Origin: a virus
Taxonomy: Duplodnaviria > Caudoviricetes
IMG/VR virus record: IMGVR_UViG_2823592041_000002
Coordinates: 32,001-96,000 of that record
DNA length: 64,000 nucleotides
Direction: 5' to 3' (one strand)
The notes beneath the pieces are model-generated. The model worked only from the letters and a program-made list of their open reading frames with translations. It did not search any database and was not told where the DNA came from. This document shows positions 1 through 8,197 of this stretch, one piece after another. The translations under genes were made by a program, and so were the position numbers. Within the stretch, counting starts at the first letter, position 1. Each line of letters begins with the position of its first letter.

Positions 1-319
1 TCCAAAGTTGATCCATAAAAACAAACCTCATTGTTATTGGAAGATAATGTAGGTTTAGTCCAAGAAACCCATTTTTATACCTCTCTATAACAATTGACAT
101 TGGGAAGTAATCATAATATTTTAATTTAGATTTAGTTTTAGCATCATATGTAAACTGATATATGTGACCCCATCTAGCAGTTTTTTCCGTTTTAACTGAT
201 GACTCCTTTACAAGATTTTGAGATATTGATTGACTCCTGTCTCTCATCCACTCCATAGATTTTTCAATCATCGAATTTTTTCTGGAATCATCTTTTTTAA
301 AAAAATCGGATAGACTCAT
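1..319 (-). CDS. gp2: DNA end protector protein (T4 gp2-like), runs off the window edge; not in the ORF track
   Basis: Manual translation from ATG at 319: MSLSDFFKK...YQFTYDAKTKSKLKYYDYFPMSIVIERYKNGFLGLNLHYLP, containing the gp2-type YD.FP and GFLGLNLHYLP motifs; ATGA overlap with the gp4 stop. Confidence 0.85.
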   Translation of the reverse strand, partial: MSLSDFFKKDDSRKNSMIEKSMEWMRDRSQSISQNLVKESSVKTEKTARWGHIYQFTYDAKTKSKLKYYDYFPMSIVIERYKNGFLGLNLHYLPITMRFVFMDQLW

Positions 320-756
320 ATGTTCAATTCCTTTTCGGTTACTATCTTGAACTTCCACCCATACTTCTCACAAAACCTCTGAGCTGATGTCCATTTAGCA
401 TTATTTATCTGCCAAGTTACATTTTCTCTTAAATTTTTTCTTTGTTTGATCCCAAACTTACCACCCTTTGGTTTTTTCACTTGAGATTTTGGTTTTATCT
501 CTATCATTAAAGTTTCTATTTTACCTCTACGGTTTAACTTCTTAACTACGAAATCTGGATAGTATCTGTGAACTTTTCCATCAACAGGTGATCTATATGG
601 GACACTAAATTCTTCCGAACTCCATTCAAGTATAGACTTATGTTCATCGCAGAAAATCATGAATTTTCTCTCCCAAGATGATCTGTATACGATGTTATTT
701 GAATTACCCCTATACTTTTTTTTATTTTTTAATTTATACTTTCCCGTTAATGGCAT
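316..756 (-). CDS. gp4: Head completion nuclease (T4 gp4-like, TnsA-type PD-(D/E)xK fold)
   Basis: YRSSWE, WSSEE, YYPDF, IEIKP and N.AKW motifs; likely start MPLTGKY at 756 rather than 888. Confidence 0.9.
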   Translation of the reverse strand: MPLTGKYKLKNKKKYRGNSNNIVYRSSWERKFMIFCDEHKSILEWSSEEFSVPYRSPVDGKVHRYYPDFVVKKLNRRGKIETLMIEIKPKSQVKKPKGGKFGIKQRKNLRENVTWQINNAKWTSAQRFCEKYGWKFKIVTEKELNI

Positions 757-763
757 ATAAATA
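756..763 (+). promoter_or_regulatory. T4-type late promoter TATAAATA upstream of gp48
   Basis: Exact TATAAATA ~20 nt upstream of the GGGGAG RBS and ATG 785. Confidence 0.7.
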
Positions 764-784
764 TATAGTAATTGGGGAGCATAT

Positions 785-2074
785 ATGGGTTTAAAAGACT
801 TAAAAAATAAATTAAAAAGTGTTGGTGTAGAAACTTCTAACAGATTTCGAAATAAAGCTGAGAAAAATCTGAGAGACAGTTTAATCAAAAATAATATGGA
901 CTACGGAATTCAGAATAATATAAAAAATTCAATCCAGAATGGTAAAATTGAAGTAAGTGATAGAAGTTTAGAAAAAATTGCAAAACAAAATATAAAAGTC
1001 CCAAAATTCTCAACTCCTAAAACAAAATCAGAAATAAAAAACTTTGAAAAAGGGAATGGATCAGAAATTTTACAAAGTGCTTCTGAAATTGGAATGGGTG
1101 GTTCTCCACAAATCATAGACCATCTAAAAGAACAAGTATCCTCTAAAATGGAAGACCTTATTTCGAAAACTAAATCCAAAGTACTCCAACCTTTAAATGA
1201 CAAGGTTGAAAAGAAAATTTCAAAAGCACCAAAGAGTTCAAAAAGTGCTTTTGATAGTAAAAATTCCAATGTAAAAAATCACCCAGCATATAAAACAAAG
1301 ACTAATGCTTATGAATCAAAGGTGGAATATTTTAAATTTGTTGCTGACAATCAACCTAGAATTATATTTGAAATTGACGGTTTAAGGTCTATCGATACTG
1401 AGGATTCACAAGGTAATAAAGCTTCTGGTGGCAAGGCGAGAACTAAAACTGGTGGAGTAGAGCCACTTAAAAAGGTGGCATTCCCAATTCCACCAGGGAT
1501 GTTGACTTCTACTTATGGATTTGTTTATGATACACAAGAAAAAATTGGATTTGATGCTGATTCTATTACCACAAAATTGTCTAAATCTTTTTTAGGTAAG
1601 GCAATGGGAAAGGCAGGTGCAATTGGGGATGCGGTTCTTAGGGAAGAGGGTGTTGCTATTAATCCAAATCAAGAACAAGTTTTTAGTAGTGTTGATTTTA
1701 GAAGTTTGACATTTGAGTTTGAAGTTTTTCCAAAAAATGAAAAAGAATCTGAACATTTGGATAGGGTTATCCACATGTTTAAATATTTCTCATCACCCTC
1801 CAAATCGGGAGATGCTGGTTTATTTTTGAGATATCCAAATTTATGGAAAATAAGTTACAGTGATGGTGTTGGTGGTAGTGCTGGTGTAGCATTTCAAACT
1901 AAACATTGTTATTGTCAGAAAGTTGAAATAGGGTATGGAAGTGCAGATGGGTATATGTTATTTAAGTCCACCAATAAACCAACCTCTGTTAGAATAAGCT
2001 TAGCATTTGTTGAAAATGCTTATATTTTGAGGGATGATATTGGAACAACTTACACTGGGGGAGGTAAGTACTGA
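785..2074 (+). CDS. gp48: Baseplate tail-tube cap (gp48-like) with a long Lys-rich N-terminal extension
   Basis: NPNQEQVFSSVDFRSLTFEFEVFPKNEKES and L.YPNLWKISY motifs; adjacent to gp53. Confidence 0.8.
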   Translation: MGLKDLKNKLKSVGVETSNRFRNKAEKNLRDSLIKNNMDYGIQNNIKNSIQNGKIEVSDRSLEKIAKQNIKVPKFSTPKTKSEIKNFEKGNGSEILQSASEIGMGGSPQIIDHLKEQVSSKMEDLISKTKSKVLQPLNDKVEKKISKAPKSSKSAFDSKNSNVKNHPAYKTKTNAYESKVEYFKFVADNQPRIIFEIDGLRSIDTEDSQGNKASGGKARTKTGGVEPLKKVAFPIPPGMLTSTYGFVYDTQEKIGFDADSITTKLSKSFLGKAMGKAGAIGDAVLREEGVAINPNQEQVFSSVDFRSLTFEFEVFPKNEKESEHLDRVIHMFKYFSSPSKSGDAGLFLRYPNLWKISYSDGVGGSAGVAFQTKHCYCQKVEIGYGSADGYMLFKSTNKPTSVRISLAFVENAYILRDDIGTTYTGGGKY

Positions 2075-2643
2075 TGTCTAAATTTTTTGAATATTATAAA
2101 AAAACAGATTATGAATTGTCAGGTAAATCGTTTAACTTGACCAACATCACTTTGAGATATAAGTTCAAACAAAACCTGACTAAAAATATTTACAACTTTT
2201 ACGATTACACCCTTAAAGACGGTGAGAGGTTAGACCATCTAGCTGATATGTATTATGGTGATAGTAAGTATGTTTGGGTTATAATACTAGCAAATGATAT
2301 TATTGATCCTCAATTTGAAATCCCAAAACCAGATAATGAATTTAAGAAATATGTGGTAAATAAATATGGAACTTGGGATAATGTTGTTAGAGGTGTCCAT
2401 CATTATGAAAGAGTTGCTATATACAGAGACTCCAATGGTTCTAATTCGAAAGTTGCTGACTTAAACCCACCATTAATAATAAGTAAAGAAAAGTATGACA
2501 CACTACTACCAGATGAAAGATTATCAGTCTCTAATTTAGATTACGAACTTGGTTTAAATGAAAGTAAAAGAACTTTAAAACTTTTAGATGTAAGTCAATT
2601 GTCCCTAATCATAAATTTAGTTGAGGAAGTCTTCAATGAGTGA
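2074..2643 (+). CDS. gp53: Baseplate wedge protein gp53 (LysM-like)
   Basis: GERLDHLADMYYGDSKYVWVIILANDIIDP, VHHYE and DYE..LNESKR motifs. Confidence 0.9.
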   Translation: MSKFFEYYKKTDYELSGKSFNLTNITLRYKFKQNLTKNIYNFYDYTLKDGERLDHLADMYYGDSKYVWVIILANDIIDPQFEIPKPDNEFKKYVVNKYGTWDNVVRGVHHYERVAIYRDSNGSNSKVADLNPPLIISKEKYDTLLPDERLSVSNLDYELGLNESKRTLKLLDVSQLSLIINLVEEVFNE

Positions 2644-4018
2644 AACTTTATATAATTTACCATCTGAATATCACATCGATTCAGTTGAACTAAGATCAAG
2701 CGTCAATAACAGATTTTTTGAACTACTATATCTTTATAAGCAGATAACCATAAATGAAGGAATCAACTTCCCATTCATGTATGGAACAATATCCATAGTT
2801 GATACAAATGGGATTATAGAGAACTTACCAATTATTGGAGAAGAGACAATCACTTTCAAGTTGAAAAAGAAAAGTGGTGATAAAAAATATTTCGAAGTTA
2901 AAGGTTCTGTTTATAAAATATCAAATAGAACGAAAGACCCAACAAAAAAAGTTGAATACTATGATTTGGAGTTTATCACTGAGGGCGCTTTGGTGAATCA
3001 GGTCAAGAGGGTTTCCAAAACCTATAGTGGAACTGCATCAGAAGCAATTGAAAAAATAAGTAAAGAATACTTCGAACTTGAAAGAATAAAGAAGATTGAT
3101 GAGGAAAATCCTAAACCGTATACCACAATTTTAATCGAAGATACTATGGATAAAAATAAGATAAACATTCCAAACATGAATCCAATAGATTCAATAGATT
3201 TTCTTTCCGACTATTTTTCATATTCAAAGGGTAGTAAGTCAGACAAAAACCCCTTCAACACGACTTTTAATTTTTTCCAGACCAGACAGGGGTTCTTTTT
3301 CCAGTCAATGGAGAATTTGATACAAGAGGGGTCTAAGGATGTCAAACACGAATATCACCTAATAAATGACATGTTTATAAAGGATGAATCAGTTGTTGTT
3401 GAACAGAATGATATATACACTGCTTCCGAATACAAATTACTAAATTTTTATGATAATTTCGGTTCATCAAACAACGGTTATTATGGCGGAACCAACTTTG
3501 CATATGATTCATTAACAAAAACTTTACATGAGTATAAACTGAATTACAACCAGAAGTTTGATGATATGTCTCATTTGGACAAGAACAACACAAATACTGA
3601 CAAATTCATCTTCAATAAAAAACCAGAGAAGACTTTAATTTTATCTCTATGTACGAACAAAGGTAGAGCTGACGATAAGAAGAATTATATAAAGGACCAT
3701 ACAACAGATGAAATTTTCTATTGTAGAGAAGATGAAGTTGATTTGTTGAAAAACACGAAACAGGAAAGGTTTAATAATGGTTTGGTTGTTGAGATGACGG
3801 TACCTTCCAATATCAATCTAAATGTTTGCGATGTCATTGATTTAAAATTTCCAAGCTTCCAAAGAGAGGGTAATAAAAAAGATTATAGAGATGATAAATA
3901 TTTTAGTGGGAACTATATTGTAATCTCCATTCAGCATGTGATATCAAGTATTGATCAAAAAAGTTGGAATATGGTTGTCACATTGATGAAAGATTCATAT
4001 AAAAGTGAGATAAAGTGA
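2636..4018 (+). CDS. Probable baseplate hub protein (gp27-like position and fold)
   Basis: Lies between gp53 and gp5; GTISIVDTNGIIENLPIIGEE N-terminus and DKYFSGNYIVISIQH C-terminus typical of hub proteins. Confidence 0.6.
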   Translation: MSETLYNLPSEYHIDSVELRSSVNNRFFELLYLYKQITINEGINFPFMYGTISIVDTNGIIENLPIIGEETITFKLKKKSGDKKYFEVKGSVYKISNRTKDPTKKVEYYDLEFITEGALVNQVKRVSKTYSGTASEAIEKISKEYFELERIKKIDEENPKPYTTILIEDTMDKNKINIPNMNPIDSIDFLSDYFSYSKGSKSDKNPFNTTFNFFQTRQGFFFQSMENLIQEGSKDVKHEYHLINDMFIKDESVVVEQNDIYTASEYKLLNFYDNFGSSNNGYYGGTNFAYDSLTKTLHEYKLNYNQKFDDMSHLDKNNTNTDKFIFNKKPEKTLILSLCTNKGRADDKKNYIKDHTTDEIFYCREDEVDLLKNTKQERFNNGLVVEMTVPSNINLNVCDVIDLKFPSFQREGNKKDYRDDKYFSGNYIVISIQHVISSIDQKSWNMVVTLMKDSYKSEIK

Positions 4019-4019
4019 T

Positions 4020-5354
4020 ATGTTTGGTTTTGACCCAGTTTGGTTTATAGGTGTAGTTGAGGATAGGAAAGACCCTTTAAAAGTTGGTAGATGTAAAGTT
4101 AGATGTTTAGGTTTTCACCAACAGGACATTTCAGAATTACCAATTGAAGACTTACCGTGGGCACAGTTGTTGATACCCCCAAATAGTCAAAATGAAATCA
4201 AACCCCCGAAAGAGGGTTCATGGGTTTTAGGTTTTTTCAAAGACGGTAAAAAATGTCAAGAACCCATGATTGTGTCATTGATTCCAGGGATACCAACATT
4301 TCCATCAGAAGATTCAATTGAGAATCAAGGTTTTTATGACAAAGCATCCGATAAGGGTGAGAGACCTTTTCCCCCTGAGAAATTTGAATATAAAACGGAC
4401 GGTTCAAAGGTTAAAATAACTGAAGGGGAATCAGATTTTTATCCACCGAAGAACGAAGGGTATCTTAAACAACCCATCGATGAGCCTGATACACCAAGAG
4501 TTTCAAGGAATGATCAAGATAAGAAATATTTGAATGAAAAAACCAAACTTCCTAAAAATTCACACATTGATAAAGTAAAAGAATGGAGAATTGGTGGAGA
4601 CAATTATGAGAAAGATGGTATAACAAAAGCACTTTCTGAACAAATTGTTGGTGTAAATTCTGCTTACAGTAAGACTGAAAAAATCGATAGAAAATCTGAG
4701 AACGCCTCGGAAAGGAAGGTTGATGGTAAGTTCATAGATGGGGATGATGGTAAAGTTTGGAAAGAAAAGGAAACTGCTTACAGTGCGAAGTACCCATATA
4801 ACAATACTGAACAATCAGAATCTGGACACATATTTGAAATAGATGATACAAGGGGTGCTGAAAGAATACATCAACAACATAGGTCTGGAACTTTTCAAGA
4901 GATACATCCTGATGGTTCAAAAGTTGAAAAGGTTATGGCGGATAATTTCCATATTACCCAACAGAACGAATATAAACTAAATCTGGGGAATTATGAAGTC
5001 ACTATAAAGAAAAACAAAGGTGAACGAGTTGAGGGTGATATATTCGTGCATATCAACGGAGAGAGGTCTTTAAAGATTGATTCCAACTCTCATATTGAGA
5101 TTCTTGGGAATGATACCTATACAACAGCAGGAAATAGGGAACAAACTATAGGTACAGATTCAACCAAAAATTATAAGAAAGAAACTGTAAGAGGTGATAG
5201 GACTGAGGTTGTTGAGAAGGATCATGCTGAAACTGTTAAGGGTAATAGGTCTGAGACTGTAAATGGAACTCACAGTGAATCTGCTGGAGGAACACATAGT
5301 TCTTCAAGTGGTGGAACCATGAGCTTGTCTGCTCCAACTATAAATCTAAATTAA
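4020..5354 (+). CDS. gp5: Baseplate central spike gp5 (OB-fold plus beta-helix, no lysozyme domain)
   Basis: WFIGVVEDRKDPLKVGRCKVRCLGFH OB-fold; YPYN...ESGHIFEIDDT..AERI motif; ~8-residue beta-helix repeats at the C-terminus. Confidence 0.92.
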   Translation: MFGFDPVWFIGVVEDRKDPLKVGRCKVRCLGFHQQDISELPIEDLPWAQLLIPPNSQNEIKPPKEGSWVLGFFKDGKKCQEPMIVSLIPGIPTFPSEDSIENQGFYDKASDKGERPFPPEKFEYKTDGSKVKITEGESDFYPPKNEGYLKQPIDEPDTPRVSRNDQDKKYLNEKTKLPKNSHIDKVKEWRIGGDNYEKDGITKALSEQIVGVNSAYSKTEKIDRKSENASERKVDGKFIDGDDGKVWKEKETAYSAKYPYNNTEQSESGHIFEIDDTRGAERIHQQHRSGTFQEIHPDGSKVEKVMADNFHITQQNEYKLNLGNYEVTIKKNKGERVEGDIFVHINGERSLKIDSNSHIEILGNDTYTTAGNREQTIGTDSTKNYKKETVRGDRTEVVEKDHAETVKGNRSETVNGTHSESAGGTHSSSSGGTMSLSAPTINLN

Positions 5355-5638
5355 CCACCTGCAAAAACATTGCCACTACCATTGGCAGCTGCTGAACCAC
5401 AAGAAACTGGGTCTGATATTCTTCCAAGTTGTTTACTGTTAGAGTTTACAGAAGAACTCCCTGCTGCTAAACTCCCACCATGACAAGGAATTCCGCAACA
5501 ATGCACATTCCAACTATCACCTTGTCTATGAACTGGTATTGAGTTGCAGAAAACATTTGGACTTCCTTGTGCGTTGGGTCTTGGAGGAAAGCAACCATGG
5601 CCTGTACAAATATCACCTTTTCTATGAACTGCTGGCAT
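5351..5638 (-). CDS. PAAR-repeat spike tip protein (gp5.4-like)
   Basis: MPAVHRKGDICTGHGCFPP, GSPNVF, PVHRQGD, GSGNVFAGG; Cys/His metal ligands. Confidence 0.92.
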   Translation of the reverse strand: MPAVHRKGDICTGHGCFPPRPNAQGSPNVFCNSIPVHRQGDSWNVHCCGIPCHGGSLAAGSSSVNSNSKQLGRISDPVSCGSAAANGSGNVFAGG

Positions 5639-5647
5639 ATCTATCCT

Positions 5648-6856
5648 TTAAAAAGCTAAATTGAAGTATGGTTCATTCACTGTTGCAGAGAAAACATTAG
5701 TTACTAGAAACGTCAATCCATCTGATTTAATAATGTCATTAGTATTTATATTACCCAAAACATTTTTTAAATATAAAGTTATATTTTCATTTTCTTGATT
5801 TAGATTCTGCAAGTAGCCCGAAGAATATGTATCAGAACTAAAATCATCGGATTCAAAATAAGTCCCTTTCTCAACTACTCTCACAACCTTACCATCATTA
5901 TCTTCAACTTCTTTTGTGATATTTAACAAACTCCCATTAATGCTTTTTAAATTAACACCTATAATTTTGGTAACTTTTAAATTTTTTGGAACTCCATTTT
6001 CAAATTCACCTAAATGACGTAGATAAGAAATTCCATCATAAAACTTAATACCATTAAAAGTGAAGTATTCGACATCACCTCTTAATATCTGCTCATCCAA
6101 ATATTTGGTTATGAATAGATTTCTTATAGATGAATAATTTCTTCTAACCGTTATTTTAAAAGTTCTTGAGATTGTCATTTCTTCAAAGTCTTCATTTGTT
6201 GAAGGGTCTTTATCGTAAAAGGTTATATTAACTACAACATCAACCTCATGAGAGTTGCCTTGGTCTTGTATTTGATGAAAATTCCCACCAGCAGTTATCA
6301 AACTGTGACCAGACTTATAATAACCGTCTTCTGTATCATACTTATCAAAAGTGAAATTGTCAGGGAGTTTAAATTTATCAACATATTCAGATAAAAAATT
6401 CAACCCTTCACTTCTTGAGTCATTGGGGTCATCCTCATTTGGTTTTATGTAAGTTTTCAGTAATATATTGACCGATTTACCAACCACATCAATAGTTTCA
6501 AACTTATCTATATTTGTAACATTAACTTCTGAAGATTTAATTTCTATTCCAGAAAATATAACTTCCGTCTTAACTGTAGAAAAAATAGGAGTGAAAGAAG
6601 TTTCGGATGAAGTGGTTGAAGTGCCACCAGTTCCACCCTGACTTCCACTTCCTGTAGATTGTTGTGGTGGATTATACTTCAGATTTATTTCAGATTTGAA
6701 GTTTAAAGATTCTAAGGCAACTTTCCCAACATTTTCGAAATTATACTGGTCAAGATTATCGGCTTCATTTTCAAGTATGTATATTTCTTGACCTTCTTCT
6801 TCAAAATCCCCACTCCATTCCCAAGTAGTATTTTCAGAATTCTGGTTAGTTGTCAT
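5648..6856 (-). CDS. Hypothetical protein, probably virion-associated (acidic, beta-rich, Gly/Ser/Thr linker)
   Basis: 402-aa ORF directly upstream of PAAR on the same strand; C-terminal LYLKNVLGNINTND resembles the beta modules in gp7, gp8 and gp14. Confidence 0.55.
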   Translation of the reverse strand: MTTNQNSENTTWEWSGDFEEEGQEIYILENEADNLDQYNFENVGKVALESLNFKSEINLKYNPPQQSTGSGSQGGTGGTSTTSSETSFTPIFSTVKTEVIFSGIEIKSSEVNVTNIDKFETIDVVGKSVNILLKTYIKPNEDDPNDSRSEGLNFLSEYVDKFKLPDNFTFDKYDTEDGYYKSGHSLITAGGNFHQIQDQGNSHEVDVVVNITFYDKDPSTNEDFEEMTISRTFKITVRRNYSSIRNLFITKYLDEQILRGDVEYFTFNGIKFYDGISYLRHLGEFENGVPKNLKVTKIIGVNLKSINGSLLNITKEVEDNDGKVVRVVEKGTYFESDDFSSDTYSSGYLQNLNQENENITLYLKNVLGNINTNDIIKSDGLTFLVTNVFSATVNEPYFNLAF

Positions 6857-7184
6857 TCTCTTCTTCTATTGTTGGAGATAGATTATCATTAAATCTCACA
6901 GAAAAAGGTTCACCAGTTTTAGGATTTCTTGATGTATGATTACTTGTGAGAAATAATTCTTCAGATGTTTTCATATTCAAATCACCCATAATAAGAATTC
7001 TCAAATCTCTATCATACATCAATGTATCTCTTTTTTCAGAAATAGTATCTTCATCAAAATCGAGTTTAGATAGGAAACTGACTAATCTCTCAAGTCTATC
7101 CTCTGGGATTTTAGATAATATCTCTAATATCTTGAGATACTTATCTGCTCTTGTTTCTTCCTTCGTAGCTTCTATTGATTTCAT
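6846..7184 (-). CDS. Hypothetical protein
   Basis: ATG at 7184 overlaps the TGA of the upstream small ORF (ATGA); its stop overlaps the next start, suggesting translational coupling. Confidence 0.65.
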   Translation of the reverse strand: MKSIEATKEETRADKYLKILEILSKIPEDRLERLVSFLSKLDFDEDTISEKRDTLMYDRDLRILIMGDLNMKTSEELFLTSNHTSRNPKTGEPFSVRFNDNLSPTIEEENDN

Positions 7185-7336
7185 CCACAAGCCCCCAACA
7201 ATATCTCACCAGTCCACATTAAAAAGAATGGTGACATCAATAATGCGATTGCGATGTAGATAGTAAAGAACCATCTAAAAAATATTTCTAGATGATTTGC
7301 GACATAAGTGAAACTTCTCTTAAATCTTTTTTTCAT
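7181..7336 (-). CDS. Small membrane protein (51 aa; not in the ORF track)
   Basis: MKKRFKRSFTYVANHLEIFFRWFFTIYIAIALLMSPFFLMWTGEILLGACG; basic N-terminus then a hydrophobic stretch; AGGA upstream; coupled to the next gene. Confidence 0.6.
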   Translation of the reverse strand: MKKRFKRSFTYVANHLEIFFRWFFTIYIAIALLMSPFFLMWTGEILLGACG

Positions 7337-7351
7337 AACTAAAATCCTAAC

Positions 7352-7561
7352 TTATTTCAAATTATCTTCAAACTTATCTAATTCATCTTTCACTTTTTCA
7401 TACTTGTCTTCTAATTTTGCTGCGAATTTAGCATCTAATAAAGACCAAACCAAAAGAATGGTTAATCCCCACATTGCGATATATCCAAAATATTTAATTG
7501 CCATTGATAATAAAAATATACCAATGATCCATATTGCCATCTGTCGTTGTAATTTACTCAT
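7352..7561 (-). CDS. Small membrane protein (two hydrophobic segments, charged C-terminal tail)
   Basis: MSKLQRQMAIWIIGIFLLSMAIKYFGYIAMWGLTILLVWSLLDAK...; GAGGTG RBS before ATG 7561. Confidence 0.7.
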   Translation of the reverse strand: MSKLQRQMAIWIIGIFLLSMAIKYFGYIAMWGLTILLVWSLLDAKFAAKLEDKYEKVKDELDKFEDNLK

Positions 7562-7578
7562 TTTAACACCTCTTACTT

Positions 7579-7609
7579 TATTTATATCATAAAAAAGGTG
7601 GAAAGTCAA
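7579..7609 (-). promoter_or_regulatory. Overlapping sigma70-type (TTGACT-N17-TATAAA, extended TG) and late (TATAAATA) promoters for the inverted cassette
   Basis: Minus strand reads TTGACTttccaccttttttatgaTATAAATA. Confidence 0.7.
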
Positions 7610-7624
7610 TAGAAAAAAAAATTC

Positions 7625-7775
7625 TTGAAAAAAAGTATACTAAGTATTATTATTAATATTTATTATAAATAATATTATATTAAGAGCTTATTAATATATA
7701 TATTTATAAGCTAGCTTATTATATATAATATTTATATATTATACTTATTTATATATAATACTTTAGTATATTTCC
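7625..7775. other. Very AT-rich palindromic intergenic region between divergent operons; includes + strand late promoter TATAAATA at 7664-7671
   Basis: Outer arms TATACTAAGTATTAT / ATAATACTTTAGTATA; inner palindromes AGCTTAT..ATAAGCT, TAAGCTAGCTTA and TATTATATATAATA. Confidence 0.6.
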
Positions 7776-7794
7776 TGCGGAAAAGGTAAAACCT

Positions 7795-8184
7795 ATGAGT
7801 GAAAAAAGAGAATTTAGTGATATATCATTGTCCTTTGAAAAAAATCCTGTAACTGGGGATATAGTAAAAGTGAAGAATGATATTGCTGTTAAACAATCAA
7901 TCAAAACATTAGTTTTAACAGAATTCTTTGAGCCGCCTTTTCAGAAAGGTAAAGGTACTAGAATTAGACAAATATTGTTTGATTTGATTACAGACGATGG
8001 TGCCGATTTACTAAAGCAAGAAATTACAACTGTGATTACAGATAGAGAACCAAGAGCAAACTTAATTGATGTTCTTGTTCAACCAATACCAGATGAAAAT
8101 AGATATATAATAAAAATTATTTTTTCCATGATAAATACTTTAGAACCATTGGAAGTGGAAATGTTTGTTTCTAGAGTGAGATAA
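7795..8184 (+). CDS. gp25: Baseplate wedge subunit gp25
   Basis: FSDISLSFEKNPVTGDI...AVKQSIKTLVLT..FEPPFQ..G..I..LFD and EPR motifs. Confidence 0.92.
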   Translation: MSEKREFSDISLSFEKNPVTGDIVKVKNDIAVKQSIKTLVLTEFFEPPFQKGKGTRIRQILFDLITDDGADLLKQEITTVITDREPRANLIDVLVQPIPDENRYIIKIIFSMINTLEPLEVEMFVSRVR

Positions 8185-8197
8185 ATTTGAGGTTATA

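Noticed and set aside
316-888. TnsA transposase indicating a Tn7-like element
   Set aside because: The fold similarity is explained by head completion protein gp4 next to gp2; no tnsB/C or element ends
5351-7790. Invertase-controlled invertible segment
   Set aside because: No matching inverted repeats found at the two ends and no recombinase gene in the window
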